Shown here: positions 1 through 10,131 of the stretch, one piece after another | Layout: each line of letters begins with the position of its first letter | How positions within the stretch are numbered: the stretch's first letter is position 1 | Origin: Candidatus Eiseniibacteriota bacterium | GTDB lineage: Bacteria; Eisenbacteria; RBG-16-71-46 | Assembly: GCA_963717505.1 (NCBI GenBank) | Contig: OY970342.1 | Span: 2,048,001-2,112,000, forward strand | Direction: 5' to 3' | Length of the DNA stretch: 64,000 nucleotides | The notes under the pieces: generated by a model | What the model was told of the DNA's origin: nothing | Databases searched by the model: none | What the model saw: the letters and a program-made list of their open reading frames with translations, nothing else | Program-made: the position numbers and the translations under genes

Positions 1-1544
1 CCCAGGAGCTGGCCGGCGGCGAGATCGTGGGACTTCCGTACTTCCCGCTCGACACCTCGCGCCTGCGCTGGCTCGGAGGCACGAGCAATCACTGGGGCGG
101 CATCTGCCGGACCATGGAGACGGCCGACTTCGAGAAGAACCCGGCGGCGCCCCACAGCGGCTGGCCGATCACGCGCGCCGATCTCGATCCGTTCTACGAG
201 CGCGCTCGCGTCGCCTGTGGGCTGCCCTACGGCGAGGAAACGCTTCCGACGGTGCTCGAGCGGAACCGCTACCGGCCATGGCCCCTGGACGACAGCCGGA
301 TCCTTTCCCGGGTCGGGCAGATCGTGGCGGTCGGTGACCGCAGCTTTCGCGTGCGATATCAGAAGGATCTCGAGGCGATCGCCAACGTTACGATCTACTG
401 CGGCGCCAACGTCACTGAACTCGAGACCAACGAACCTGGCACCGTCGTCACGCGCCTTCACTTCGCGACCCTGACCGGCAACCGATTCACCGTCAGCGCC
501 CGCCGCACGATCCTGGCGGCGGGCGGCCTCGAGAATGCGCGGCTGCTGCTGGCGTCGAATCGCCAGTGGCCGAGGGGGCTCGGCAACGCGCACGATTGCG
601 TCGGCCGGTTCTTCTCGGATCATCCGCGGTTCGTCAGCGGCATCATCGTCCCGACGCGCCCCAACCAGTCGGTCCACTACTACGAGTATCATCGCTTCGC
701 GCGGACCGGGCTCCACGGATACTTGGCCCTGAACCCGGAGCTGCGGGCGCGGGAGGGCCTGGTCGACGTCCAGCTCGTGCTCGTGGGCGCGTACGAAGAG
801 ACCTTCCAGAAGGCGATCAATTCCGACGCCGTCATTGACGCTCGCGAGCTGACCGCGGCCCTCAGACGCCGGGGCCAGGTCGACCGCCTGGCCCGGCACC
901 TGGCCAGCGTTTCGAAGGACCTCATGAGCTGGCAACAGGCGACGATCCCGGGGGCGCCGCTGCCGGTACCGTTCCCCGACCTGGTCGGCCGCCTGATGCG
1001 ATCGACGCCGATCGAGGCGCAAGCCCTGATCCCCGCCGCACTCGGTGACATCATCGGCAACGCGTACGCCAGGGCGGTCGGGGCCCCGCTGCGGCACATC
1101 AACGTCCGCACGCGGATCAATCCCGCGCCCAATCCCGACAGCCGTGTGACCCTGAGCCCCGAACGCGACGCGCTGGGTATGCCGCGGACGCGGCTCGACT
1201 GGCGGCTGAGCCCGGTCGACCACCACAGCGTGCGGCGAACCCTCGAACTCGTGGGCGCCGAGATCGGGCGGTCCGGGCTCGGCCGGCTGCAGATCGTGTT
1301 TCCCGAGGGCGAGAACACGTGGCCGGCCGACCTGGCCGGCGGCTACCACCACACCGGGACCACGCGAATGAGCGACGACCCGAAGCGCGGCGTCGTCGAT
1401 CGCAACTGCCGGCTGCACGGGGTGTCCAATCTCTACGTCGCGGGTAGCTCGGTGTTCCCGGGCGCGGGATCGGGCACGCCGACCCTGACCGCGGTCGCCC
1501 TGGCGCTGAGGCTCGCCGATCACCTGAAGGGAACGACCTCATGA
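1..1544 (+). CDS. GMC family FAD-dependent oxidoreductase (5' end outside window)
   Basis: LGGTSNHWGG, ILAAGGLENARLLL, HHTGTTRM, NLYVAGSSVFP and PTLT motifs; N-terminal GxGxxG absent so the gene starts upstream. Confidence 0.9.
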   Translation, partial: QELAGGEIVGLPYFPLDTSRLRWLGGTSNHWGGICRTMETADFEKNPAAPHSGWPITRADLDPFYERARVACGLPYGEETLPTVLERNRYRPWPLDDSRILSRVGQIVAVGDRSFRVRYQKDLEAIANVTIYCGANVTELETNEPGTVVTRLHFATLTGNRFTVSARRTILAAGGLENARLLLASNRQWPRGLGNAHDCVGRFFSDHPRFVSGIIVPTRPNQSVHYYEYHRFARTGLHGYLALNPELRAREGLVDVQLVLVGAYEETFQKAINSDAVIDARELTAALRRRGQVDRLARHLASVSKDLMSWQQATIPGAPLPVPFPDLVGRLMRSTPIEAQALIPAALGDIIGNAYARAVGAPLRHINVRTRINPAPNPDSRVTLSPERDALGMPRTRLDWRLSPVDHHSVRRTLELVGAEIGRSGLGRLQIVFPEGENTWPADLAGGYHHTGTTRMSDDPKRGVVDRNCRLHGVSNLYVAGSSVFPGAGSGTPTLTAVALALRLADHLKGTTS

Positions 1545-1960
1545 GCGAGACCCGCGATCTCACCCGCCGGCGCTTCCTGCTTCTGGCGGCCGCACTCGGC
1601 GCCGGCGCGGCGGCGAGTCCGGTGTTGCGCGGGGCGTGGTCGGACGGACGTCCGGCGTCGCACGCGGCCCGGCTGCTGGACTGTTTCGGCGATCTGGAGA
1701 GCGCGCGAGCCGTCGGCAGCGCGTGTCTGGAAGTCCTGAACGACGAACGCTCGACGACAACATTGCTCCAGGCGATCGAGCGCGAGTTGGGCGGGGAGGC
1801 GGTCTATCAGGAAACGGCCTACCGGTTGCGCACGCGAATCACGGACATGGTCCGCCGCGACTTCGAGGCCCTCGACATCGTGCGCGTTCGCGGCTGGGTG
1901 CTGTCGCGGAACGAGGCGCGGCTCTATGCGCTCGCGGCGCTCGAACCCTCGAGCGCGTAG
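1541..1960 (+). CDS. Tat-signal small protein, likely accessory/export subunit of the GMC oxidoreductase
   Basis: LTRRRFLL twin-arginine motif plus hydrophobic stretch; ATGA overlap with GMC stop; C-terminal DF..(V)RGWVLSRNEAR. Confidence 0.7.
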   Translation: MSETRDLTRRRFLLLAAALGAGAAASPVLRGAWSDGRPASHAARLLDCFGDLESARAVGSACLEVLNDERSTTTLLQAIERELGGEAVYQETAYRLRTRITDMVRRDFEALDIVRVRGWVLSRNEARLYALAALEPSSA

Positions 1961-1969
1961 TCCCGATCG

Positions 1970-3646
1970 CTACTGGGTCGCCACCCGATCGGGGCCGAAC
2001 TTCTTGCCGAAATAATCGTCCGCGTTCCACTGGGGCCGCGCATCGGCCTGCGCCACGTTCCATCCGAGCAGGAAGTTGACCCGTGCGAAACGCGCGCCCG
2101 AGTCGTAGTCGATCGGCTGCTGGAGGTCGTCGGCGGGGGCGTGGTAGCGATTCTTTCGCCACTCTTCTTCGATCTCTTTGCCGTTCGCCGCCGGATCGTG
2201 GCTCTTGTTCCCGGCGGTGATGAACAGCGCCGGCACGCCCTTGCGCACGAAGGGGAACTGGTCGCTGCGGATGAACACGACCTCTTCGGGCTCGGGGTCG
2301 GGACTGACCTCGAATCGGTTGCGCGTCGCCGGATCGGCCAACATCGGACCCAGGCTCGAGTGCTCGGCGCCGAACGCGACCAGGTCGGCGACCGGATACG
2401 CCATCACGAACATGTCGAGATTCAGGTTGGCGACGATGTCCGCGACCGGCACCGTCGGGTGCTCGGTGTAGTACTCGGCGCCGAGCAGGCCCTTCTCTTC
2501 GCCGGTGGTCGCCAGGAACAGGATCGAGCGCCGCGGCGAGGTTCCCAGTCGCTTGAACGCGCGCGCCACCTCGATCATGGCGGCGATGCCCGACGCGTTG
2601 TCGAACGCGCCGTTGTTGATCGAGTCGCCGTCCACCGGTTCGCTGATGCCGATGTGATCCAGGTGGCCCGAGTAGACCACGAACTCTCCGGCCAGCGACG
2701 GGTCCGAGCCGCGCAGCACGCCGATCACGTTCGGACTCGCGGCGTCGGCCAGCTTGGAACGCGATTCGATCCGGGCCGACGTCGGCAGCGGGAAGCTGAC
2801 CGAGCGGCCGGTCTCGCAGCGGTCGAGCACCGAATCGAGGTTCGCGGCCGCGCCTTCGAACAGCCGCACGACCGACGGGCGGGACAGCGTGACCTGCCCC
2901 AGGATCTCAGGGAACACGTGATGCGGCTCGCCGCCGGGGTCGAGCCACTCGAAGCGCGGCAGCTTGGACTGGCGAACGCTTCGTTCCCAGCGCGCCATCT
3001 GGTCGTCACGTCGGGTGCGGATCTGGATGATGCCGATCGCGCCGTGCTCGACCGCGGTCTTGGCCTTCATGTAGCTCCACGAGTAGTACGCCCGCTCGTC
3101 GTTGGAGAAGCGCGCGGGAGCGCCTCGGACCATCGCCACGATCTTCCCGCGCACGTCGACGTCGCGATAGTCGTCGTGCTCGTATTCGGGTGCCGTGACG
3201 CCGTGGCCGACGAAGACCACCGGAGCCGAGACCGCGCTCTGGGCGCGCAGCGCGTCACCGCTCATGGTGAAGTCGCCGTAGGCGAGCCGAGCCTCGTGGC
3301 CGTCCCGAGCCAGCGTCACCGAGCTTCTCGCGTGCAGCAGTTCGGAGCGCCGGAACGGAACCGGCTGGAACCAGCCCTCGGTGCCGCCCGGCTCGAGTCC
3401 GGCGGCTTCGAATTGCGAGGCGACGTAGTTCGCGGCCAGGTCGTAGCCCCGAGTGCCGGTGGCGCGGCCCTCCAGCAGGTCGTCGGCCAGAAACGTCATG
3501 TGGCCGCGGATGCCGCCGGCTTCGATCGCCGCCATCGCCCGCTGCGCGTCACCGGACGGCGCGGACGATCCCCCGCACCCGGTGCACGCGAACAGCGTCA
3601 CCGCGAACAGGGGCTCGAGCCATCGCGGGGATCGCCGCAAGCTCAC
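1970..3646 (-). CDS. M28 family metallopeptidase with PA domain, probable lipoprotein
   Basis: SGHLDH, GAFDNASG, TGEEKGLLG, NLNLDM, RSDQFPF, YHAPADD; GTG start overlaps upstream stop; Cys-containing signal region. Confidence 0.9.
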   Translation of the reverse strand: MSLRRSPRWLEPLFAVTLFACTGCGGSSAPSGDAQRAMAAIEAGGIRGHMTFLADDLLEGRATGTRGYDLAANYVASQFEAAGLEPGGTEGWFQPVPFRRSELLHARSSVTLARDGHEARLAYGDFTMSGDALRAQSAVSAPVVFVGHGVTAPEYEHDDYRDVDVRGKIVAMVRGAPARFSNDERAYYSWSYMKAKTAVEHGAIGIIQIRTRRDDQMARWERSVRQSKLPRFEWLDPGGEPHHVFPEILGQVTLSRPSVVRLFEGAAANLDSVLDRCETGRSVSFPLPTSARIESRSKLADAASPNVIGVLRGSDPSLAGEFVVYSGHLDHIGISEPVDGDSINNGAFDNASGIAAMIEVARAFKRLGTSPRRSILFLATTGEEKGLLGAEYYTEHPTVPVADIVANLNLDMFVMAYPVADLVAFGAEHSSLGPMLADPATRNRFEVSPDPEPEEVVFIRSDQFPFVRKGVPALFITAGNKSHDPAANGKEIEEEWRKNRYHAPADDLQQPIDYDSGARFARVNFLLGWNVAQADARPQWNADDYFGKKFGPDRVATQ

Positions 3647-4344
3647 AGCTCCGATCCGAACACCGTGCCGAGACGAACCAGAATCTGATTGGAATCGTGG
3701 GTCTTCCGATCCCACGACACGTTGCCGCCCGCGCTCGTGACCTCGCCCGGGATCACGTATTCGACCCCGATTCCCGACCGAAACTCGGCGCTCAGCTCGA
3801 TCTTGCCGCCGGGGACGCCGGACATCTGACGCCGGATACCGGCTCCCGCGCTCCAGGCGAACACGGTGCTCGTGTGTCCGACGTTCGCGTCATAGCCCTG
3901 TCCGCCGGCGGTTCCCTTCAGGTGGCTGTTGGTCCAATACACGTTGAGTCCGACCATACCGAACACGAATCCGCGCATCTCCCCGCTCGCCTTCCCCAGC
4001 TCGGGTCCGATGCCGAAGAACAGGCTGGTGTTCGAGGTCTCGAGCTCGAGGACATCGCCGCCGGCGAGGTTGGCCGCCGGAACGCCGGCCACGCGCTCGA
4101 AGTTGTACCCCCAGCCCAGGCTGGAACGCAGATTGAGAAGCCGCGTGGGATCGCGGCGAACGTAGGTGGTGCCGTCCGCACCGAGTCCGAACCCGGCGAC
4201 CTCGGCCCAGTCGCCTTGTGGAAAGAGACCGACGACGTAGCCGCCTTCGGTGATCATCTCCTCCTGTGCACCGGACGTTCCGGGCAGAGCGGCCAGCGCG
4301 GCGACCATCCCAACGGCGAGCAGCGACTTGAATCCGGCATTCAT
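3643..4344 (-). CDS. Outer-membrane beta-barrel protein (small OMP-like)
   Basis: Signal peptide, alternating aromatic/Gly beta-strand pattern, SD-like AGGGAG upstream. Confidence 0.6.
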   Translation of the reverse strand: MNAGFKSLLAVGMVAALAALPGTSGAQEEMITEGGYVVGLFPQGDWAEVAGFGLGADGTTYVRRDPTRLLNLRSSLGWGYNFERVAGVPAANLAGGDVLELETSNTSLFFGIGPELGKASGEMRGFVFGMVGLNVYWTNSHLKGTAGGQGYDANVGHTSTVFAWSAGAGIRRQMSGVPGGKIELSAEFRSGIGVEYVIPGEVTSAGGNVSWDRKTHDSNQILVRLGTVFGSEL

Positions 4345-4541
4345 GGCGACTCCCTGAGGCGCGAGTTCCTCGCGGCGAATTGAGGGGTGAGGATTGGTGG
4401 AAACGGCGCCATGGGACGGCGCGCCCGGGCATGCTATGCGAGAGGCGAACGCGAGGGAAGTGCGTCGCCGGCCGCGCGATTGCCGGGGTTTTCCGGCCGT
4501 GGCGCGCTGGGCCCGCGGTTTTGGGCCTGCGCCGCATGCAG

Positions 4542-4556
4542 TAGAGTCCGGGCATG
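4542..4556 (+). promoter_or_regulatory. -10 box TAGAGT 6 nt before ATG (leaderless-type start)
   Basis: TAGAGT-ccgggc-ATG, no SD. Confidence 0.5.
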
Positions 4557-6128
4557 ACCGAAGAGCCCCGCCGGCGCGTCTTGTGGGCCGACGACGAGAT
4601 CGACCTCCTCAAACCCCACATCCGCTTCCTCGAACAGAAGGGTTTCGCCGTCACCCCGGTGCCCAACGGCGAGGACGCGCTCGAAGAGCTGGGACGCGGC
4701 CGGTTCGATGTCGTCCTGCTCGACGAGATGATGCCCGGACTCGGCGGACTCGGCACGCTCGACCAGATCAAGGCCCGCGACCTCGGCGTGCCGGTGATCC
4801 TGGTCACCAAGAGCGAGGAAGAGAGCCTGATGAACGAGGCGATCGGCCGCCACATCACCGACTACCTGATCAAGCCGGTGAACCCGTCGCAGGTGTTCCT
4901 CGCGTGCAAGCGCGTGTTCGAGGCGCAGAAGATCCAGGACACGCAACTCGCGCGCGACTACGTCGCCGAGATGCAGCGCTGGCAGTCGCTCGACCTGCGC
5001 GGGCTCGACTGGCGTGGCTGGATCGACCTCGCGGTCGAGGCCGCGCGCTGGGACGTGCGTTTCGATCACGCGCCGGAATCCGGCCTGCGCCAGTCGCACA
5101 TCGACTTCCGCCGCGGCGTCAACGTCGAATTCGCGCGCTTCGTCGAGGAGGGCTACCCGGGATGGGTGCGCATCGCCGAGGGCCGCCCGATGCTGTCGAT
5201 CGACGTCATCGAGCGCGGGGTCGTGCCCCACCTGCGCGCGGGCAAGCGAGTGATGTTCGTCATCATCGACTGCATGCGGCTCGACCAGTGGTTCGCGCTC
5301 GAGGGCCTGCTCGAGGACCTGTTCGACATCCGCCGCGACTACTACTACTCGGCGCTGCCGACCGCGACGCCTTACTCGCGCAACGCGATCTTCTCCGGGC
5401 TGCTGCCGGCCGACCTGTGGCGCAAGCACCGCGAATACTGGCAGGAAAACGACCCGGAGGAGCGGACGCGCAACAAGTACGAGCGCGAGTTGCTCGAGCT
5501 CCAGCTCGCGCGCCTCAATGCGACTCCCGAGCGCGGGCTCAAGTACTTCAAGATCTACGACCAGGAGGAGACGCTCCAGGTCCGCCGCCAGCTGCACTCG
5601 CTGTCCGGGCTATCGCTGGTCAGCCTGGTGGTCAACTTCCTCGACATCGTCGCGCACGGCCGCTCCGAGAGCGAGTTGCTGCAGGAACTGGCGCCCGACG
5701 AAGCCGCGTTCCGCTCGATGATGACCGCGTGGTTCACGCACAGTCCGCTCTACGACATCTTCCGTGAGCTGTCGCGGCAGCCCGACTGCGTCACCGTGCT
5801 GACCACCGATCACGGTGCGGTGCTCGCCCGGCGCGCCGCGATGGTCCACGGCAACCGCGACACGTCGACCAACCTGCGCTACAAGTACGGCCTCAACCTC
5901 AATGCCGACGCCAAGCAGGCGGTGATCGTGCGCAAACCGATGGAGTTCATGCTGCCCGACGACGGCATCAACAAGAACTACCTGCTGGCGCGCGAGGACT
6001 TCTATTTCGTCTATCCGACGCGATTCCACGAGTACGAGCGCCAGTACCGCGGCACGCTGCAGCACGGCGGCATCTCGGTCGAGGAGATGATCCTGCCGCT
6101 GATCACCCTCACGCCGCGCCGCGGGTGA
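4554..6128 (+). CDS. porX: PorX-like response regulator with PglZ/alkaline-phosphatase-superfamily domain
   Basis: Receiver domain (WADDEIDLLKPH, LLDEMMPG, VTKSEEE, YLIKP); PglZ motifs IIDCMRLDQW, LPTATPYSRNAIFSG, TTDHG, QHGGISVEEM. Confidence 0.85.
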   Translation: MTEEPRRRVLWADDEIDLLKPHIRFLEQKGFAVTPVPNGEDALEELGRGRFDVVLLDEMMPGLGGLGTLDQIKARDLGVPVILVTKSEEESLMNEAIGRHITDYLIKPVNPSQVFLACKRVFEAQKIQDTQLARDYVAEMQRWQSLDLRGLDWRGWIDLAVEAARWDVRFDHAPESGLRQSHIDFRRGVNVEFARFVEEGYPGWVRIAEGRPMLSIDVIERGVVPHLRAGKRVMFVIIDCMRLDQWFALEGLLEDLFDIRRDYYYSALPTATPYSRNAIFSGLLPADLWRKHREYWQENDPEERTRNKYERELLELQLARLNATPERGLKYFKIYDQEETLQVRRQLHSLSGLSLVSLVVNFLDIVAHGRSESELLQELAPDEAAFRSMMTAWFTHSPLYDIFRELSRQPDCVTVLTTDHGAVLARRAAMVHGNRDTSTNLRYKYGLNLNADAKQAVIVRKPMEFMLPDDGINKNYLLAREDFYFVYPTRFHEYERQYRGTLQHGGISVEEMILPLITLTPRRG

Positions 6129-6646
6129 GCCCGGCCGCACCCGACGTGTCGGTCGATCCGGTGGTTTGGACCACGACGTCCGGCGACGAGGCCGGCACCG
6201 AAGCCCTGGGCGCCTCACTTGCGCCCCTGCTCGCGGCCGGCGACGTCGTCACGCTGTCGGGGCCGCTCGGCGCCGGTAAGACCCGGTTCGTCGCCGGACT
6301 CGCCCGCGGGCTCGCGGCCACCGCGCACGTGCGCAGCCCGACGTTCACGCTGGTGAACGAATACCGCGGGCGCCTGCGCCTGGTGCACGTCGACCTCTAC
6401 CGACTCGAGACCCGCGAGGTCGCGGGGCTCGGGCTCGAAGAAGCGCTCGACGACGCGGCGGTCGTGGTCGAGTGGGGCGAGCGGCTGCCGGCCTCGTGGT
6501 GGCGCGACGCGCTGCGCATCGCACTCGAAATCGAGCCCGGGACTCGGCGCCGCGTTCGTGCGGAGGCCGAGGGAGACAGGGCACGCACACTGCTCGCGGC
6601 CTGGTCGAGTTCTGCGGTTTCCCGCGACGATATGGAGCGCTCCTAA
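6125..6646 (+). CDS. tsaE: tRNA threonylcarbamoyladenosine biosynthesis ATPase
   Basis: GPLGAGKT, SPTFTLVNEY, HVDLYRL, VEWGE. Confidence 0.93.
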   Translation: MSPAAPDVSVDPVVWTTTSGDEAGTEALGASLAPLLAAGDVVTLSGPLGAGKTRFVAGLARGLAATAHVRSPTFTLVNEYRGRLRLVHVDLYRLETREVAGLGLEEALDDAAVVVEWGERLPASWWRDALRIALEIEPGTRRRVRAEAEGDRARTLLAAWSSSAVSRDDMERS

Positions 6647-6647
6647 A

Positions 6648-7856
6648 GTGGCGGGGCTCGTGATCGAGGCCGCGACCTCGCACGTCGAGCTGCTGGTGTG
6701 CGGTCCCGATGACGCTCCGAGAGCCCACGTGGTCGAGGAGGTCGGACACGGGCATACGCGACGCTTGTCGGCGCTGGTCGGACGCGCACTCGACGAAGCC
6801 GGAGTCGAGGTTCACTCGCTCGATTGGGTGGCTGCCGATCTCGGGCCCGGCTCGTTCACCGGGGTTCGCGTCGGACTCGCGACCGCTCAGGCGCTCGCGA
6901 TGGTCGCGAAGGCGACGTTGCTCGGCGCCTCGTCGCTCGCGGCACTGGCCCATGGTGCTCGCTGCGAGCGGGCCCTGGTGGTGCCCCTGGTGCCGGCGGG
7001 GCGGCGTGATGTCTATGCCGGATTCTTTCGTGCCGGTCGCGACGGCGAGGTCCGGATCCTCGAGTCGGCCACCGTCGGCCCGGTTCCGATCCTGCTCGAG
7101 CGAGTTGCAGAAGCACTGTCGGCGTTGGGTCCGGTGGCACCGAAGTTCGTGGGCCCGGGGGTGGTGCGGGAACGCGAGGCCCTCGAGGCCGCCTACCCGG
7201 GCAGCGCCACCGAGGTTCGCGCCGGCGGGCTCTCGGCCCACGACCTCGCGCACGCGGCGCGACTCACCCTCGGACCTCCCGCGGGGTTGCCGGCGGCGGG
7301 CTCGCCGGTGCGCCCCGAATACGTCCGCTCGGCCCAGGCGGAGGAGCGGGTCCGGCACCGGGCGCTGGCGGCGACCCCGATCTCGATCCGGCCGATGACC
7401 GCGAGGGACGTCGCCTCGGTGGCGGCGATCGAGCAGCAGGTGTTCCCCGACCCCTGGCCCGAATCGTTGTTCCACGGCGAGCTGGACCACCCGGAGAGCC
7501 ACGCTCGCATCGCCGAGCGCGAGGCGCAGCTGGCCGGGTACAGCCTGGCGTGGCTCGGCGGCGAAGTCGGCCATCTGGGGAATCTGGCGGTGGTCCCGGG
7601 CCAGCGACGGCGCGGGGTGGCGGCCGCCCTGCTCGACGATCTCTTGACCGAAGCTATACGTCGCAGCGTGCGGAACCTCACGCTCGAGGTCCGCGTATCG
7701 AATGGCGCCGCGCAGGGGCTCTATCGCAGCCGCGGCTTCCGATTGGCCGCGGTTCGCCGCCGGTATTATCGTGACAACGGCGAAGATGCTCTGGTCATGG
7801 AGTGGCGCCCCGAAAGCGGGGCGGCTCCGGCATCGAGCTCCCATCGGAGGCCCTGA
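6648..7856 (+). CDS. tsaB: TsaB - RimI-like GNAT acetyltransferase fusion
   Basis: N-terminal GPGSFTGVRVG; C-terminal NLAVVPGQRRRGVA, LEVRVSN, YYRDNGEDALVM in one open frame. Confidence 0.85.
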   Translation: MAGLVIEAATSHVELLVCGPDDAPRAHVVEEVGHGHTRRLSALVGRALDEAGVEVHSLDWVAADLGPGSFTGVRVGLATAQALAMVAKATLLGASSLAALAHGARCERALVVPLVPAGRRDVYAGFFRAGRDGEVRILESATVGPVPILLERVAEALSALGPVAPKFVGPGVVREREALEAAYPGSATEVRAGGLSAHDLAHAARLTLGPPAGLPAAGSPVRPEYVRSAQAEERVRHRALAATPISIRPMTARDVASVAAIEQQVFPDPWPESLFHGELDHPESHARIAEREAQLAGYSLAWLGGEVGHLGNLAVVPGQRRRGVAAALLDDLLTEAIRRSVRNLTLEVRVSNGAAQGLYRSRGFRLAAVRRRYYRDNGEDALVMEWRPESGAAPASSSHRRP

Positions 7857-7861
7857 CCCGC

Positions 7862-8830
7862 ATGTCGTGGCTCAAGCGCGAACGGACCGGCATCAAGACC
7901 GATCGAAAAGAACCGCGTCCCGAACTCCCGGAAGGACTGTGGACCAAGTGCCGGGGTTGCGACGAGCCGCTGTTCCGCAGCCAGCTCGAGGAAAACCTGT
8001 GGGTCTGTCCGAAATGCGATCACCACTTCCGGGTTCCCGCGAGCACGTATCTGGAAATCCTCGTCGACCCCGACTCGTTCGAGGAACGCGACGCCAACCT
8101 CGAGGCCGGCGATCCGCTCGGGTTCCGCGACGCGAAGCTCCCGTATCCCGAGCGGCTGGCCGAGGCGCGCCGCGACACCGGCATGACCGACGCCGCGCTC
8201 TCCGGCAACGCGACCATCGGGGAGAAACCGGTCAGCCTGACCATCATGGACTTCCACTTCATGGGCGGCAGCATGGGCTCGGTGGTCGGCGAGAAGGTGG
8301 CGCGCACGATCGAGCGCGCGATGGTCGAGCGGCGCGCGGTGGTGATCGTGTCGGCGACCGGAGGCGCGCGCATGCAGGAAGGCATCCTGTCGCTGATGCA
8401 GATGGCCAAGACTTCGGCGCTGCTGGCGCGGCTGCGCGAGCAACGCCTGCCGTTCCTCTCGATCCTCACCGATCCTTCGACTGCCGGCGTGCTCGCGTCG
8501 TTCGCCTCGCTCGGCGACGTGATCCTCGCCGAACCCAAGTCGCTGGTGGGTTTCGCCGGGGCGCGCGTGATCCGTCAGACCATCGGGCAGGACCTGCCCG
8601 CCGGCTTTCAACGAGCCGAATTCGTTCTGGAGAAAGGCTTCATCGATCGGATCGTGCACCGACGCGACATGCACGCCGAGGTCGCGCGCCTGCTCGAGTT
8701 CTTCTGGCGTTCGACCAGTGGCTTCGCGGCCGACGGACGAGCCCTGCCGGCCACCCTTCGCTCCCTGCCTGCAACCCCGAACCGCGCCGTCGCTCCCCCG
8801 GCGGAATCCGCGACCCGGCCGAACGACTGA
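7862..8830 (+). CDS. accD: Acetyl-CoA carboxylase carboxyltransferase beta subunit
   Basis: LWTKC..C / CPKC zinc finger, FMGGSMGSVVGEK, GGARMQEG, GFAGARVI. Confidence 0.95.
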   Translation: MSWLKRERTGIKTDRKEPRPELPEGLWTKCRGCDEPLFRSQLEENLWVCPKCDHHFRVPASTYLEILVDPDSFEERDANLEAGDPLGFRDAKLPYPERLAEARRDTGMTDAALSGNATIGEKPVSLTIMDFHFMGGSMGSVVGEKVARTIERAMVERRAVVIVSATGGARMQEGILSLMQMAKTSALLARLREQRLPFLSILTDPSTAGVLASFASLGDVILAEPKSLVGFAGARVIRQTIGQDLPAGFQRAEFVLEKGFIDRIVHRRDMHAEVARLLEFFWRSTSGFAADGRALPATLRSLPATPNRAVAPPAESATRPND

Positions 8831-8835
8831 TACGG

Positions 8836-10131
8836 GTGAGTCTCAACCTTCAGGATGCCCTCGAGAGCCTGTACGGTCTCGAACGGCGGCGCGACAAATT
8901 GGGCCTCGAGGGCACGCGCGCGCTGCTCGAAGCACTCGGCCGTCCCGAACGCCGGTTCCGGTCCGTGCACGTCGCCGGCACCAACGGCAAGGGCTCGGCG
9001 TGTGCGCTGATCGAGCGCGTGCTGCGCGAGGCCGGTGTGCGCACGGGGCTCTTCACCTCGCCGCATCTGGTCGACTTTCGCGAGCGCATCCGGATCGACG
9101 GCCGCTGGGCCGATGAGGCGCGTCTCGCCGAGCGCCTGGCCCACGTGCAGTCGCTGGACGCCGGGCGCGACCGCACGTTCTTCGAGGTTTGCACCGCGCT
9201 CGGGTTCGACGCGTTCGCCGCTGCCGGCGTCGAGTGGGCGGTGGTCGAGGTCGGACTCGGCGGCAGACTCGACACGACCAACGTGCTCGAGCCGGCGGTC
9301 TCGGTGGTGACCTCGGTCGGGCTCGACCACACGGAGATTCTCGGCGAGACGGTGGCCCGTATCGCCGCCGAAAAGGGCGCGATCGCCAAGCGCGCGACGC
9401 CGATGATCACCGGAGTCGAAGATCGCGAAGCCACCCCGGTGATCGCCGAGGCCGCGCGGGCGGTCGGGGCGCCGCTGGTCGAGGCGCGAGAACGGGTGCG
9501 ACTGTCGAGGGTCGCGTGCGACGGGGACGGCAGCCGCTTTCACGCGGCGGTCGCGCCGTGGGGGGAGATGGACCTGGCGATCGGCATGCGCGGGCGACAT
9601 CAGATCGCGAACGCACGGGTGGCTTTGGCCGCGTTGTCGGAGCTGGCGCGCGGTCCGCTGTCGATCGCTGCCGATGCGGTACGCCGGGGGCTCGCCGCGG
9701 CGCGCTGGCCCGGGCGACTCGAGCCCTGCGCCGCGGAGCCGCGGCTGTGGTGGGACGGCGCCCACAATCCCGAAGGATTGCGCCGGCTGGCCGACGCCTG
9801 GAGCACCGATCTCGGCTTCGAGCCGCCGGCCGCGATCGTGCTCGCCGCCTCGCGCGACAAACCCGCGGCCGCGATGCTCGCCGCCCTCCGGGGGTTCGCC
9901 GCAACCACCGAGCTGGTGATCACGCGCACCAAGAACCCGCGCGCCGAGGATCCCGAAACGCTGGCGCGCGCCGCCACCGAATTCCGCGTGAGCGTCGAGC
10001 CCGACGTGTCGCGGGCGGTGCGGGGGGCGCTCGACCGCGCGGGCCAGCGTCGAGTCCTGCTGGCCGGATCGCTGTTCGCGGTCGGCGAGGCGATGGCGGC
10101 GTTCGGCGGCGCGCCGGGAGAGACGCTGTGA
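8836..10131 (+). CDS. folC: Folylpolyglutamate synthase / dihydrofolate synthase
   Basis: HVAGTNGKGS, FTSPHL, EVGLGGRLDTTN, WPGRLE, DGAHNP; follows accD. Confidence 0.95.
   Translation: MSLNLQDALESLYGLERRRDKLGLEGTRALLEALGRPERRFRSVHVAGTNGKGSACALIERVLREAGVRTGLFTSPHLVDFRERIRIDGRWADEARLAERLAHVQSLDAGRDRTFFEVCTALGFDAFAAAGVEWAVVEVGLGGRLDTTNVLEPAVSVVTSVGLDHTEILGETVARIAAEKGAIAKRATPMITGVEDREATPVIAEAARAVGAPLVEARERVRLSRVACDGDGSRFHAAVAPWGEMDLAIGMRGRHQIANARVALAALSELARGPLSIAADAVRRGLAAARWPGRLEPCAAEPRLWWDGAHNPEGLRRLADAWSTDLGFEPPAAIVLAASRDKPAAAMLAALRGFAATTELVITRTKNPRAEDPETLARAATEFRVSVEPDVSRAVRGALDRAGQRRVLLAGSLFAVGEAMAAFGGAPGETL

Noticed and set aside
4554-6128. PglZ domain as part of a BREX defence system
   Set aside because: It is fused to a receiver domain (PorX architecture) and no brx/pgl genes are nearby.
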